Assembly: GCA_963666595.2 (NCBI GenBank)
Contig: CAXXSV010000001.1
Span: 261,040 to 325,039 of the forward strand
Reading direction: 5' to 3'
Origin: Opitutales bacterium
Lineage (GTDB): Bacteria; Verrucomicrobiota; Verrucomicrobiia; Opitutales; CAXXNP01
Length of the DNA: 64,000 nucleotides
In this document: in pieces, positions 9,352 to 20,282 of the stretch
Layout of the letters: each line of letters begins with the position of its first letter
How positions within the stretch are numbered: the stretch's first letter is position 1
Translations under genes and position numbers: made by a program
The notes under the pieces: model-generated
What the model was told of the DNA's origin: nothing
What the model saw: the letters and a program-made list of their open reading frames with translations, nothing else
Databases searched by the model: none

Positions 9352-10992
9352 ATGAAAATCGGTCTGGCACAAATCAATACCACCGTCGGCGACCTCGAGG
9401 GTAACCGATCCAAGATTATTGACGCCTACCATAGTCTTTGCCGCTCGGGCGCCCAAATTGTCGTGTTTCCGGAGCTTGCGATTACGGGCTATCCGCCTCG
9501 GGACCTGATTTTCAAAAGCCGGTTTGTGCGGGACAACGAGGCATCGCTGAAGATGATAGCCGAAGAGACAGGTAAAACGCCGGCGCTCGTCGGATTCGTT
9601 GAATCCAATCAATCGGGACAGGACAGGCGCTTATTCAACGCTGCTGCATGGTGCGTGGAAGGCAAGGTGGAGACTATGGCACGCAAATGTTTGCTGCCTA
9701 CCTACGATGTTTTTGACGAGGACCGTTATTTCCGTGCCTCCGCCGATATTACCATTGTAGAGTTCATGGGGCAGCGAATCGGCATTACAATCTGCGAGGA
9801 CATCTGGAAGGATGCTCTGGCCAACGCCGGCCGCCATTACGAGCGGAACCCGGTGGAAATGCTGTCCGAGGCTGGGATAGACTTGTTAATTAATTTGTCA
9901 GCCAGCCCGTGGAATTGCGGCAAGAGCCAATTTCGCGAGGAGCTTGTCAAAAACGCGGCCCTTCGCTGTCGCTGCCCAGCCGTTTATTGCAACTCTGTGG
10001 GCGGTAATGATGAATTGGTTTTCGACGGGCACAGCCTTTCGGCTTCGGCAAAAGGTGAAGTAATGGCCGGACTGGCAGGCTTCGCTGAGGATCTGAAAGT
10101 CGTGGACACAGAGTCTGCGGCTCCGGACCTGTCGCCGGCATTCCACCAGGAGGAAATGCAGGACGTTCACGATGCCCTGGTGCTGGGACTACGAGATTAC
10201 GCGCACAAAAGCGGATTTCAACGGGCATTGGTTGGCCTCAGCGGGGGCATCGACTCGTCGATCACAGCCGTCCTTGCGGCGGAGGCGCTGGGCCCGGAGA
10301 ATGTGATCGGTATCAGCCTACCCTCTGCGATCTCCAGCGATCACAGCAAAGACGACGCCTTCGCTCTGGCGGGCAATCTCGGCATCACCTGCCACTCCCT
10401 TCCAATCGCCGGGGTAGTGTCGTCCGCCGAAAAGACGCTCGAAGAAATATTTGAGGGAAGAAAGCCCGATGTAACGGAAGAGAATATTCAGGCTCGCAGT
10501 CGCGCCTTGTTGCTCATGGCCGTATCCAACAAGTTCGGAGCGCTTCTGCTCTCCACCGGCAACAAAAGTGAACTCGCCGTCGGATATTGCACACTTTACG
10601 GGGATATGTGTGGCGGCCTCGCCGTCATCTCCGACCTGCCCAAGGTCAAAGTTTATGAACTGGCCCGCTGGATTAACCGCGAGCGCGAAATCATCCCATC
10701 GAACTGCATAAAAAAACCGCCGAGCGCCGAGTTGCGGCCAGGCCAGGAAGACCAGGACTCCCTGCCGCCCTACAATATTCTCGACGGGATTCTGGAAATG
10801 TATGTCGAGGACGGCAAGTCATCCACAGAAATTATCGAGGCCGGTTTCGAGGACGACACGGTTCGCGATATTATCCGCAAGGTCGATCTCAACGAATACA
10901 AGCGCAAGCAGGCGGCTCCAGGTTTGAAGATCAGTGCCTTGGCCTTTGGAGTGGGACGGCGCATCCCCATAGTGCAGCGTTATGTCAGTTGA
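9352..10992 (+). CDS. nadE: Glutamine-dependent NAD+ synthetase
   Basis: 546 aa. There is an N-terminal CN-hydrolase domain ([38 protein letters not shown]) and a C-terminal synthetase domain with the PP-loop SGGIDSS. Confidence 0.9.
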   Translation: MKIGLAQINTTVGDLEGNRSKIIDAYHSLCRSGAQIVVFPELAITGYPPRDLIFKSRFVRDNEASLKMIAEETGKTPALVGFVESNQSGQDRRLFNAAAWCVEGKVETMARKCLLPTYDVFDEDRYFRASADITIVEFMGQRIGITICEDIWKDALANAGRHYERNPVEMLSEAGIDLLINLSASPWNCGKSQFREELVKNAALRCRCPAVYCNSVGGNDELVFDGHSLSASAKGEVMAGLAGFAEDLKVVDTESAAPDLSPAFHQEEMQDVHDALVLGLRDYAHKSGFQRALVGLSGGIDSSITAVLAAEALGPENVIGISLPSAISSDHSKDDAFALAGNLGITCHSLPIAGVVSSAEKTLEEIFEGRKPDVTEENIQARSRALLLMAVSNKFGALLLSTGNKSELAVGYCTLYGDMCGGLAVISDLPKVKVYELARWINREREIIPSNCIKKPPSAELRPGQEDQDSLPPYNILDGILEMYVEDGKSSTEIIEAGFEDDTVRDIIRKVDLNEYKRKQAAPGLKISALAFGVGRRIPIVQRYVS

Positions 10993-11003
10993 TCCGGGAG
11001 GCC

Positions 11004-12281
11004 ATGGAGACGTCCAAAGAGCTATATCGAAAAGCCATCGAACTGATGCCCGGCGGGGTGAACTCACCCGTGCGGGCTTTTCGCGCGGTTGGCGGAGAGC
11101 CATTCTTCACCAGAAAGGCTGACGGCGCCCGGCTGATTACAGTCGATGGCCGTGAATTGATTGATTTCGTCTGCACCTGGGGCCCGGCCATTCACGGGCA
11201 CAACCATCCAGCCATCAAGGAGGCGGTGGCCGAGGCGTTGGCAGACGGCATCGGTTTCGGTACTCCTAACCCTTATGAAGTGGAAATGGCCGAATTGATA
11301 ATCGGCCTGGTTCCATCCATCAAAAAAGTGCGTATGTGCAACAGCGGCACCGAAGCCACTATGTCCTGCCTGCGGTTGGCAAGGGGTTTTACAGGACGCA
11401 ATAAAATCGTAAAGTTTTCCGGCTGTTACCACGGCCACGTCGATGCGCTGCTTGTCAAAGCAGGTTCGGGCGCGCTCACCTTCGGACATCCCGACAGCGC
11501 CGGCATCCCCGAGAGCGTAGCGGCTGAAACCCTCGTGCTCCCGCTCAACGATTTGGCCGCCCTCGGGGAGGCATTTTCCAGTCACGGTCCGGAAATTGCC
11601 GCTTTGATCGTGGAACCTTACCCGGCCAACATCGGGCTCATTTTACCCATTGAGGGCTTTCTCCAGAAGTTGCGCGACCTTTGCACTGCACACGGCAGCG
11701 TTCTCATATTCGACGAAGTGATGACCGGGTTCCGGATCGGCATTGGCGGCGTGCAGGAGAAAGAGCAAGTATTTCCCGACCTGACTGCCCTGGGTAAAAT
11801 TATCGGCGGCGGTCTGCCGGTCGGCGCCTTCGGTGGAAAGACTGAAATCATGGATTCCCTCGCACCACTCGGACCCGTTTACCAGGCTGGAACGCTTAGT
11901 GGAAATCCCCTGGCCATGGCCGCCGGCGTGGCTTCGTTGAGATTGTTGAAGGAAACCGATCCCTACGCCGCCCTTGAGCAAAAGGGGCGCGACCTAAGTG
12001 TCGCCCTTAAGGATGCCGCCGAGCGCAAGGGGCTCCCACTGCAGGTCCCGCAAACCGGATCGATGTTCGCCCTGTTCTTTGCCGCTGAACCGGTAAATAA
12101 CTACGACGACGCCTTGGGCAGCGAGAAGAAGCATTTTATAAAACTGTTTCAACATGCGCTCGATAAAGGCGTTTTTCTGCCGCCATCCCCTTTTGAAACA
12201 TCCTTTATCAGCACCGCCCACACTGGAGAAATAATGGCTCAAGCCACCGAAGTGCTCGTCGAAGGAATAAATGCACTTTAA
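11004..12281 (+). CDS. hemL: Glutamate-1-semialdehyde 2,1-aminomutase
   Basis: Track ORF 10989..12281 (TTG); an ATG lies at 11004. It has the [17 protein letters not shown] motif and a class III aminotransferase body ([25 protein letters not shown]). Confidence 0.92.
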   Translation: METSKELYRKAIELMPGGVNSPVRAFRAVGGEPFFTRKADGARLITVDGRELIDFVCTWGPAIHGHNHPAIKEAVAEALADGIGFGTPNPYEVEMAELIIGLVPSIKKVRMCNSGTEATMSCLRLARGFTGRNKIVKFSGCYHGHVDALLVKAGSGALTFGHPDSAGIPESVAAETLVLPLNDLAALGEAFSSHGPEIAALIVEPYPANIGLILPIEGFLQKLRDLCTAHGSVLIFDEVMTGFRIGIGGVQEKEQVFPDLTALGKIIGGGLPVGAFGGKTEIMDSLAPLGPVYQAGTLSGNPLAMAAGVASLRLLKETDPYAALEQKGRDLSVALKDAAERKGLPLQVPQTGSMFALFFAAEPVNNYDDALGSEKKHFIKLFQHALDKGVFLPPSPFETSFISTAHTGEIMAQATEVLVEGINAL

Positions 12282-12304
12282 TCTGCAACCGTAGATATTT
12301 GTCC

Positions 12305-14227
12305 ATGCCGCCTCTACCCCAGCCACCCGAACGCCCATTGATGATCTATGATGGGGACTGCGCCTTTTGCAAACGGTGGATTAAACGCTGGCAATGTATG
12401 ACCGGCGAGCGGGTGGATTACGCCGCTTCCGCGGACGTGGCAGATCGTTTTCCCGAAATCGCTCCTGAGCAATTTACCCAGGCTGTGCTGTTGGTCGATG
12501 AGGATGGAACTGTCCACACCGGGGCAGCGGCGGTTTACCGGGCCCTGGTTGGCGTGCCGTGGCTGGGCTGGCTCGACCGCGCTTACCGCCGGTGGACCAT
12601 TTTTGCCAAGGTCTCCGAGTGGGGTTATTCGTTAGTGGCGAGGAACAGGCGTTTGTTTTCCTTTTTTACGACTATGCTGTGGGGGAAAAAACTGGACCCG
12701 CCGACATTCATTTTTTCAAGTTGGCTTTTTTTAAGGTTACTCGGGTGCGTGGCGCTTATAGCCTTTATTTCCTATTGGGTCCAAGCTTCGGGACTGGTGG
12801 GCAGCGAAGGCATTCTGCCCGTGGCGGATTATGTAGAAAATGCCCGGTTGGCACTCGATGACTACGAACCGCAAGCATGGAAATTCCCGCGCTTGCCAAC
12901 CATTTTTTGGCTAAACAGCAGTGATACGGCCCTGCATCTAACCTTTGGCGCCGGAGTCGCGGCTTCATTAGCCCTCATAATCGGTATTTGTCCTGCCCTG
13001 GCCGCGCTTGTGATCTGGTTTCTCTACCTGTCCCTCACCGTCGCCGGACAAGATTTTCTAACCTTTCAATGGGATATCCTGCTAATTGAAATAAGTTTTC
13101 TGGCAATATTTTTTGCCCCGTGGAAAGGCCTCGATCGGCTTGTCCGGCATCCTGCACCCACCAGATTGGCGCGCTGGCTTCTGTGGTTACTGCTGTTCCG
13201 GTTGATGTTCGAGTCGGGAATTGTTAAACTGCAAAGTTACGGAGTTGGAGGGGCAAACACCTGGCGCGACCTGACGGCGCTAAACTACCATTACTGGAGC
13301 CAGCCCCTGCCGTCCTGGATGAGTTGGCATGCGCACCAATTGCCCGAATGGTTCCACCGGTGCTCACTCAGGCTCATGATTGTTATAGAACTGGCCCTGC
13401 CCTTTTTTTTCCTGGCTCCTCGGCGGTTGCGCAATATTGCAATAGCGGGTCAGGTTCTCTTTCAAATCCTCATTATCGTTTCGGGTAATTACGGTTTCTT
13501 CAACCTTCTAACCCTCCTGCTCTGCCTCTCATTGCTGGATGACCAGACATTACCCCGCCGGATTCGTGCCGTACTAAGCACCCGATCCAGGACGAAAGTA
13601 TCAGAGCCCGCTATCATCAAGAACACACGACGCCTCGTGCTCGTACCGGCATCAATATTAATTTTAATGATGGCTGTCTTCCAACTTATTCAGAGTTGTG
13701 AAGATAATCGCAAAGCCAGCCCGACTGCAGAATGGTTACAATCACATTCACAAATCCGCACTGCCTATATAGCCTTAACTCGCTTCCACACAGTAAACCC
13801 CTACGGCCTGTTTCGCGTGATGACAACCACCCGGCCGGAAATCATCATCGAGGGAAGCATGGACGGTCAACACTGGGAACCCTACATCTTCCGGTATAAA
13901 CCAGTAAATACAGACAGTGCCCCGAAATTCCTGGTGCCCCATATGCCCAGGCTGGATTGGCGCATGTGGTTTGCAGGACTGCGATTCGAGGGTTCGGGCC
14001 GGATTCCATCCTGGCTGGACAAGTTTTTGGGACAATTATTCATGGGCAACCCAAAAGTCTTGGCCTTGCTCGAGCACAATCCATTTCCCGACGCTCCGCC
14101 CGATCATTTCCGAATCCAGCTTTATCATTACACCTTCACAAACATTGAAACCCGGCGCCAAACCGGCCGCTGGTGGAACCGCCAACTACTGCCCCGCTAC
14201 ACAATCCAAGGTAAAGTTAATAAATAG
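12305..14227 (+). CDS. Fusion protein: DCC1-like thiol-disulfide oxidoreductase (DUF393) N-domain plus lipase maturation factor (LMF) family membrane domain
   Basis: About 640 aa. The N-terminus carries YDGDCAFCKRWIKRW (the DUF393 CxxC signature). It is followed by many TM helices and LMF-like blocks (LNYHYWSQPLPSW, VPHMPRLDWRMWFAGL). Confidence 0.7.
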   Translation: MPPLPQPPERPLMIYDGDCAFCKRWIKRWQCMTGERVDYAASADVADRFPEIAPEQFTQAVLLVDEDGTVHTGAAAVYRALVGVPWLGWLDRAYRRWTIFAKVSEWGYSLVARNRRLFSFFTTMLWGKKLDPPTFIFSSWLFLRLLGCVALIAFISYWVQASGLVGSEGILPVADYVENARLALDDYEPQAWKFPRLPTIFWLNSSDTALHLTFGAGVAASLALIIGICPALAALVIWFLYLSLTVAGQDFLTFQWDILLIEISFLAIFFAPWKGLDRLVRHPAPTRLARWLLWLLLFRLMFESGIVKLQSYGVGGANTWRDLTALNYHYWSQPLPSWMSWHAHQLPEWFHRCSLRLMIVIELALPFFFLAPRRLRNIAIAGQVLFQILIIVSGNYGFFNLLTLLLCLSLLDDQTLPRRIRAVLSTRSRTKVSEPAIIKNTRRLVLVPASILILMMAVFQLIQSCEDNRKASPTAEWLQSHSQIRTAYIALTRFHTVNPYGLFRVMTTTRPEIIIEGSMDGQHWEPYIFRYKPVNTDSAPKFLVPHMPRLDWRMWFAGLRFEGSGRIPSWLDKFLGQLFMGNPKVLALLEHNPFPDAPPDHFRIQLYHYTFTNIETRRQTGRWWNRQLLPRYTIQGKVNK

Positions 14228-14247
14228 CCGGGGTTAGATACTCATCC

Positions 14248-14883
14248 TCATCCATTTCTCAACAGCGGTACGAAGCGAACCAGGTCGCGTTCGAGGACTT
14301 TTAAGCGGCCTTTTCTCTTCTCGTAGGCGAAGAGCACCTGTTGCTGTTCGGGTCCGACAGGGATGACCATCCGGCCTCCCTCGGCTAATTGCACTTCAAG
14401 TGGCGAAGGCACTTCCTCTACCCGGCAGGTCACGATAATTCCGTCAAAGGGCGCTTCCCGAGCGAGGCCGTGGTATCCGTCTCCGGTTTCAATTAAGACG
14501 TTAGTGTATCCCAACTCATCGAGCAGAGCACGGGCTTTGTCGGCTAGTGGACGGTGAAATTCAATGGAATACACCGATTGGACAATTTCGGCGAGAATCG
14601 CCGTTTGGTAACCGCTGCCCGTGCCGATTTCGAGCACCCGATGGTGGGGTTCGAGAGCCAGCCAGTTGGTCATGATTCCCACGACGTAGGGCTGGGAAAT
14701 CGTCTGCTTGCAATCAATGGGCAGCGCGCGGTCATCATAGGAGGAATCCAACATGTTCGGTTTTACAAACAGATGTCGCGGCACCTTCTCAAGAGCGGCA
14801 ACGACTTGACTGCTGAACTTCTTCCCCTCTTTGAACTTGCAGATATGCCTGATGAGAGCGGCGCGTTTCCGATCATAATTCAT
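14248..14883 (-). CDS. pcm: Protein-L-isoaspartate O-methyltransferase
   Basis: Track ORF 14248..14922 (TTG); the ATG at 14883 is preferred. The SAM motif VLEIGTGSGYQTAILAEIV is present and the overall PCMT layout fits. Confidence 0.88.
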   Translation of the reverse strand: MNYDRKRAALIRHICKFKEGKKFSSQVVAALEKVPRHLFVKPNMLDSSYDDRALPIDCKQTISQPYVVGIMTNWLALEPHHRVLEIGTGSGYQTAILAEIVQSVYSIEFHRPLADKARALLDELGYTNVLIETGDGYHGLAREAPFDGIIVTCRVEEVPSPLEVQLAEGGRMVIPVGPEQQQVLFAYEKRKGRLKVLERDLVRFVPLLRNG

Positions 14884-15055
14884 TTTCCGAAAATCGCCTG
14901 AAGCTTTAAAGAATTTCCTCAATGTAGTTGCCCTCCATGCCTAATTCATATCCGCAGCTCGTCGGCGCAAGTATGAAAAATACATTTCCATAAGACAATG
15001 AAATGTTAATACTTTGTGTTCACTTTCAAGCCCGGACACCCGCAATTAATTTTTA

Positions 15056-16063
15056 ATGACCTGCCATGTAAAAGTTGTCCTCGTGACCATGTACGGACCC
15101 GGCGGGGACCTCTCCGGAGAGCTCGATTTATTTCGCGAGGCTGAAAACCTGCAAAAGACCCATCCCTCGGCCGCCGGCGCATTCGACATATGGTCCAATG
15201 AAGCCGGACTGGTCGGCCTCATCACCGGCGTCGGCGCCTCAAAGGCCGCGGCGGCAACCATGGCCTTCGGGCTCGACCCGCGCTTCGATCTAAGCAATGC
15301 CTACTTTCTCATTGCAGGTATCGCCGGCATCAACCCGAATTTCGCATCCCTGGCTGGAGTTGCCTGGGCCAAATACTGTGTCGACGGCGACCTTGCGTTC
15401 GAGATCGATCCACGTGAAATACCCGATGACTGGCCCACAGGTATCCTGCCTCTGGGCGCCAATGCTCCTTACGCGCCGGCCGCCCTGAAAACCGAAACGC
15501 CATTTCCCGGCGACGAGGTTTTCAACCTCAACCCGGCATTGACCGACTGGGCATTTGACCTGACAAAAGACATCGACCTGAGCGACCTCGATACAGCCGC
15601 CCTGGCCGCCGCCCGTCAACCCTACGCTGATTTCCCCGAGGCTCAGGGGCAACCGGCAGTCCTGCGGGGCGATAATTTATCCTCCAACCGTTTCTGGCAC
15701 GGACAACTGAGCAACGATTGGGCGGAACGCTGGGTGGATTTCTGGACCCGAAGCAAGGGCCGGTTCGTCACCGCCTCAATGGAAGATGCCGGCACCTTGC
15801 GCGCCCTCAACCAACTGGCCCTGGCTGGGAAAATCGACTGGAATCGCATCCTCCTCATGCGTTCCGGTTCCAATTACACCATGCCGCCGCCAGCAGGCCC
15901 AAGCGCGGCTCAAAATTTGCTTGCCGGATTCGGCGGCAAAAAGCCACTCGAGGGAAATCCAGGATACCTGCCGAGCTTACAGGCCCTCCAACGCGTCGGC
16001 AGCGTCGCCATCCGTAACATCATTGAAAACTGGAATCAATTCCAATCGGAAATTCCCGGTTAA
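15056..16063 (+). CDS. Purine nucleoside permease (NUP) family protein
   Basis: 335 aa. NUP-family-like blocks are present: KVVLVTMYGPGGD..GELDLF, LITGVGASKAAA, FLIAGIAGINP, FVTASMEDAGT. No signal peptide is visible at the N-terminus. Confidence 0.65.
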   Translation: MTCHVKVVLVTMYGPGGDLSGELDLFREAENLQKTHPSAAGAFDIWSNEAGLVGLITGVGASKAAAATMAFGLDPRFDLSNAYFLIAGIAGINPNFASLAGVAWAKYCVDGDLAFEIDPREIPDDWPTGILPLGANAPYAPAALKTETPFPGDEVFNLNPALTDWAFDLTKDIDLSDLDTAALAAARQPYADFPEAQGQPAVLRGDNLSSNRFWHGQLSNDWAERWVDFWTRSKGRFVTASMEDAGTLRALNQLALAGKIDWNRILLMRSGSNYTMPPPAGPSAAQNLLAGFGGKKPLEGNPGYLPSLQALQRVGSVAIRNIIENWNQFQSEIPG

Positions 16064-16151
16064 TAGAAAATGATCGTTGCAAGCAGTAAATATTGCAAAA
16101 ATGGATAGAAAACCTTTTTAACCATATGAAACTCCAGCGTTGGGAACTATT

Positions 16152-18077
16152 ATGAATAAGTATATTAAACGTCGTTTATTTGTTACGGAATCTAAAGCAT
16201 TGATTCTGTCAGCGTTGCTCTGCTTCCTATTCCAATCTATATGGGCGGCATCGGTGCAAATGAAGGTCGAAGTAGACGCGAGGGAGATTTCGCGCAAACT
16301 GCTGCATTCCCGAATTGAACTTCCAGTCAAACCGGGGGAATTAATTCTCTGGTACCCAAAGTGGATTCCGGGCATCCATGCACCACGTAGCCCCATTGAA
16401 AATATCGGAGGTCTGCGAATTGAAAGCGATAAAGGAGTATCGATCCCCTGGCAACGCGACAAAGCGGAACGCTTCCGGTTTGTATGCAATATACCCAAAG
16501 GAGTTAAAAAAATAGTCATAAGCCTGGATTATATTTGCAATCAACCGAGTACCAATTCCAAGGGTATTGACAGTTTTGCAACTTCGACGATTGGCGTCAT
16601 CAACTGGAATACATGTTTGTTGTATCCGGATGGATATTCCAGCGCAGAGGTTTTAATCGATTTAAAATTGCGGATTCCGGACGGATGGAAATGGGGCAGT
16701 TCCCTGCAGGAAATTACGGTTCAGCCCGATGGAATTCAGTTTGAAAATATCACACTGCATGACCTTGTCGACAGCCCTATTATTTTCGGCAAGCATTTCC
16801 GCAAGTTTCCGCTGAATGTAAATGGAATCCCCCCGGTTACTCTACATGTCTCTTCTGAGTCAGGTGCCGGACTTGCGATTCCCGACGAAATCATCGAGCA
16901 CTACGGCAATATTGCGACAGAAGCCGGAATTTTATTGGGTGGCGCACACTTTGACAGCTATGAGTTGATGGTATTTTGCAGTGACGAATTGCCCAACCTG
17001 GGATTGGAGCATTTGCTATCCAGTTTGAACGGCGTGGGTGAGCGCGACTTGATAAAGATGGAGAAGCTTCAAGGTTGGGTCGGCACACTTCTGCCCCATG
17101 AAATGATTCACTCCTGGTGCGGTAAGTTTCGCAGACCGGCTGGAATGGATACGCCAAATTTTCATACCAATAAAGACACACACGCCTTGTGGGTTTACGA
17201 GGGTCTGACGCAATACCTGAGTCGATTGATCACTGTGCGCGGCGGATTGTGGACATTGGACCATTACAAAGAAAGACTCGCCCTGACAATCAGCCGTTAT
17301 CTGCATCAAGAAGGCCGCCAATGGCGTTCGCTCGAAGACACCGCGATAGACAGCTATCACTTGAGGGGAGGAAGCCGGTCTTGGGTCAACTTGAGGCGAA
17401 GTCAGGATTATTACAACGAGGGACTGATGTTCTGGCTCGAAGTCGACACGATAATCCGAATCGAATCTGACGGCACATACAGTCTGGACGATTTCTGCAA
17501 AGAGTTTCTCGGGGCGGGTTATCCCGATCAGAATACCCTTCCATTCGAAACGGAGGACATCATCCAAATCCTCGAAGGATTGGCGGATTTTAATTGGCGC
17601 GGTATGATCGAAAAACGCATTCGGGAAACCCAGGAGCGGTTGCCCCTGGAATTTGTGGACCGCCTGGGATATCGGCTCCAATACGCAAACGAGCGATCAG
17701 AAGCCCTCGAAAAACTTGAGAAGGACGACAAATTTGCTTCCGCCATAGACTCGATAGGCATGACGGTTAACGAAGAGGGGAAGGTCTCAAGTTCGGTTGT
17801 TCCGGGCATGCCGGCAGACGAGGCGGGAATTGCGCCGGGCATGAAAATTATCGGCGTCAACGACCGCAAGTTCTCTCTGGACAGAATCAGAGAGGCAATC
17901 GCCGACAGCGTGGTAAACGAGCAGATAGAGTTACTTGTGTTAGATGGAGAATCGTTCAGCAACTACACCATAAAATACGCGGGCGGGCCAAAATATCTGG
18001 AACTAGTCCGAGACATGTCAAAACCGGATTTATTATCGCAGATTTTCAAACCCCTGCGGCTTTTGCCCAAAAAATGA
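16152..18077 (+). CDS. Peptidase M61 (glycyl aminopeptidase-like) with C-terminal PDZ domain
   Basis: Track ORF 16140..18077; an ATG lies at 16152 (MNKYIKRR plus a signal-like segment). The HExxH zinc motif HEMIHSW is present, and the C-terminus has a PDZ-like GIAPGMKIIGVNDRKF. Confidence 0.8.
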   Translation: MNKYIKRRLFVTESKALILSALLCFLFQSIWAASVQMKVEVDAREISRKLLHSRIELPVKPGELILWYPKWIPGIHAPRSPIENIGGLRIESDKGVSIPWQRDKAERFRFVCNIPKGVKKIVISLDYICNQPSTNSKGIDSFATSTIGVINWNTCLLYPDGYSSAEVLIDLKLRIPDGWKWGSSLQEITVQPDGIQFENITLHDLVDSPIIFGKHFRKFPLNVNGIPPVTLHVSSESGAGLAIPDEIIEHYGNIATEAGILLGGAHFDSYELMVFCSDELPNLGLEHLLSSLNGVGERDLIKMEKLQGWVGTLLPHEMIHSWCGKFRRPAGMDTPNFHTNKDTHALWVYEGLTQYLSRLITVRGGLWTLDHYKERLALTISRYLHQEGRQWRSLEDTAIDSYHLRGGSRSWVNLRRSQDYYNEGLMFWLEVDTIIRIESDGTYSLDDFCKEFLGAGYPDQNTLPFETEDIIQILEGLADFNWRGMIEKRIRETQERLPLEFVDRLGYRLQYANERSEALEKLEKDDKFASAIDSIGMTVNEEGKVSSSVVPGMPADEAGIAPGMKIIGVNDRKFSLDRIREAIADSVVNEQIELLVLDGESFSNYTIKYAGGPKYLELVRDMSKPDLLSQIFKPLRLLPKK

Positions 18078-18119
18078 TTATCTACTGAAAAGATTGCGGG
18101 ATTGTTTTTAGAATAACAA

Positions 18120-18659
18120 ATGCTGGGACACATGCATTGGGGACTTATCAGAGCAATTATTATATTGCCGGGTACAGCGCTGGTTTTTGTTCCGGCGGCT
18201 ATTCTGTTTGTTGCGAAAAATACAAATTATTCTCACCAATTAGCGGGTCCCGGCCAGCTTGCGTTCTGGCTTGCGTTAATGGCGGCGAGCCTCGGTCTCG
18301 GTTTGGCTTTCTGGACGGTCAAGCTTTTCATAAAGTTTGGCCAAGGCACTCCCGCTCCCTGGGACCCTCCCAAAAAGTTGGTTGTTCGAGGTCCATACCG
18401 CCATGTTAGAAACCCGATGATTACCAGCGTGCTGCTCATGCTTTTTGCCGAGGCGGCCCTGCTCCTATCCTGGCCGATAGCCGCATGGATGCTGGTCTTC
18501 TTCATAACCAATGCCGTCTATTTTCCACTCTTCGAAGAAAAGGGCTTGGAAAAAAGATTCGGCGACGACTACCGGGAGTATTGCACCCACGTTCCCCGCT
18601 GGATCCCGCAACTACGGCCATGGGAACCGGATAACGCTGAACAACCAGATAGTTCTTAG
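18120..18659 (+). CDS. ICMT/PEMT-like membrane methyltransferase family protein
   Basis: 179 aa with 4-5 TM helices. The motif RGPYRHVRNPMITSVLLML is typical of isoprenylcysteine carboxyl methyltransferase-like proteins. Confidence 0.7.
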   Translation: MLGHMHWGLIRAIIILPGTALVFVPAAILFVAKNTNYSHQLAGPGQLAFWLALMAASLGLGLAFWTVKLFIKFGQGTPAPWDPPKKLVVRGPYRHVRNPMITSVLLMLFAEAALLLSWPIAAWMLVFFITNAVYFPLFEEKGLEKRFGDDYREYCTHVPRWIPQLRPWEPDNAEQPDSS

Positions 18660-18854
18660 TAAAAAGTTTCGCGGCCAACTATTTACTGATACGCACCTAA
18701 TGCTCATGCAGGCACCTTTCCTATAATGACTTGGAAAAATGCTTGTTATAGAAGCGGCTTTTGATATGATGCCTGACAAAGTGCAGCAAATAATTATTTT
18801 ATTTGGTAATTATCCGCCACACCTAAAGTGGTAAATAAAATAAGGGGAGTATTC

Positions 18855-19526
18855 ATGTACAAATTAATAAAATGGTGTCGCTACGTGACGATTGCATTCA
18901 TATTGTTAGCTGGTTCGCTGGCGTTAGCTGAAGGTAAACCCACAGCACAGGGTAAGTCACCTGGCAAGGGAAAGGGAGAAAATAAAGGTTGGACGGGCGA
19001 TGTGAACCCTGGAAAGGATGGAAAAGGCGGCCACTTGCCTTCCGGCATGAGTAAAGAAAATCCTCCCGGGTGGAGTCATGGTGATAAAGATGGTTGGAAA
19101 GGAGCCGGTATGCCTACAGGACTAGCAAAGAAGAATCCCCCTGGATGGGAGAAGTGGAATAATAATAAGAAAAAGGGATGGGAAAAGCGACTTGAAAACG
19201 CATTGGGGAATATTCGTAAGGGAGCTAAAAATAAAAAGGATTTCTCCAAGGAAGATTTGGACAGCGCCCTTGTTTCAGTAGAGGCAGCAGCAAGAGAAGG
19301 GGTACCTGTTAAAAATTCTCAAGAACTTGTTGAATTGGCTATGAAGAAAGGGATACAAGGAACAGCGCTCGAGAATTTAAGCAGGGCAGCGTCTTCCGGT
19401 GTCGGCAAAGATATTGATTTTGGGCAACTTAATAACTTTGTTGAAAATAAGCTGGATGATGGGTTAAGGAATGATGAATTATTGAATGAAGTATATAAAG
19501 AGATTGACGATCACGACGATAAATAA
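18855..19526 (+). CDS. Hypothetical secreted protein with K-x-NPPGW / GW-rich repeats
   Basis: The ATG at 18855 is preceded by AAGGGGAG. It has a signal-like N-terminus (IAFILLAGSLALAEG) and repeats KENPPGWSHGDKDGWKG / KKNPPGWEKWNNNKKKGWEK. The coding DNA is AT-rich. I recognise no family. Confidence 0.5.
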   Translation: MYKLIKWCRYVTIAFILLAGSLALAEGKPTAQGKSPGKGKGENKGWTGDVNPGKDGKGGHLPSGMSKENPPGWSHGDKDGWKGAGMPTGLAKKNPPGWEKWNNNKKKGWEKRLENALGNIRKGAKNKKDFSKEDLDSALVSVEAAAREGVPVKNSQELVELAMKKGIQGTALENLSRAASSGVGKDIDFGQLNNFVENKLDDGLRNDELLNEVYKEIDDHDDK

Positions 19527-19598
19527 CTTATTTAGACCTCAAAATGAATTCTTTGTCCCTCTCACTCCTCTTAGACAACTCTTAATCAAAGGCTGATA

Positions 19599-19898
19599 AT
19601 GACATATGTGGTTACGGAAATATGCGTGGATTGCAAATACACCAGTTGCGTGGACGTTTGTCCCGTCGAAGCTTTCCATGAAACTCCCGACCGGCTCTAC
19701 ATCAATCCTGACACCTGTATCGACTGTAATGCATGCGTTGACGAATGTCCGGTAACGGCAATTTTCTCGGAAGCCGATCTACCTGAGAAATTTCAAGATT
19801 GGCTGGAAAAGAACACCGAGGCGGAGAATTTTCCTGTGATCGTTACCTCCGGGGAAGCTTTAAAGGGCCCCAAGTGCATTGACCCCAATGCCGACTAA
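19599..19898 (+). CDS. fdxA: 7Fe-type ferredoxin ([3Fe-4S][4Fe-4S])
   Basis: 99 aa. The cysteine pattern CVDCKYTSCVDVCP ... CIDCNACVDECP matches the Azotobacter FdI type. Confidence 0.88.
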   Translation: MTYVVTEICVDCKYTSCVDVCPVEAFHETPDRLYINPDTCIDCNACVDECPVTAIFSEADLPEKFQDWLEKNTEAENFPVIVTSGEALKGPKCIDPNAD

Positions 19899-19952
19899 AG
19901 TATTAAGGGGGACCTGTTTGTTACTTTAACTTAACGGCCAGCAAAAAGATAT

Positions 19953-20282
19953 GTGCCGTTAGTTTGGAAAGGTATAAAAGCTTGTCCTTTTTTTGGATCG
20001 GAGGCACAACTTAGCTTCATTTCATTATGCCGGATGATAAAGGAAACTAATTTAACAATTCACCGATTTTTGAAGATAGATGGCGATGACGAGATAATGA
20101 TTGATGTATTAGTTGCCAATGCCGAGGAACACCAAAAAATAATAGAAAATGTTGTTTTTGAAGAGTCTAATGCAGGTAGTATCAGGCTTGCAAATAAAGA
20201 AGATATGATCATGTTAAAAAAATCGAGGTATTCGGATCAGGATCAGGTGGATATAAAAAGGCTAAAAGATGACAAAAATTGA
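19953..20282 (+). pseudogene. Possible C-terminal remnant of a nucleotidyltransferase-fold protein
   Basis: 109 aa. IDVLVANAEEHQKIIENVVFEE..IRLANKEDMIMLKKSRYSDQDQVDIKRL resembles the C-terminal half of small NTase-fold proteins. No N-terminal catalytic half is present. A 54-codon ORF (20269-20433) overlaps its stop. Confidence 0.3.
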
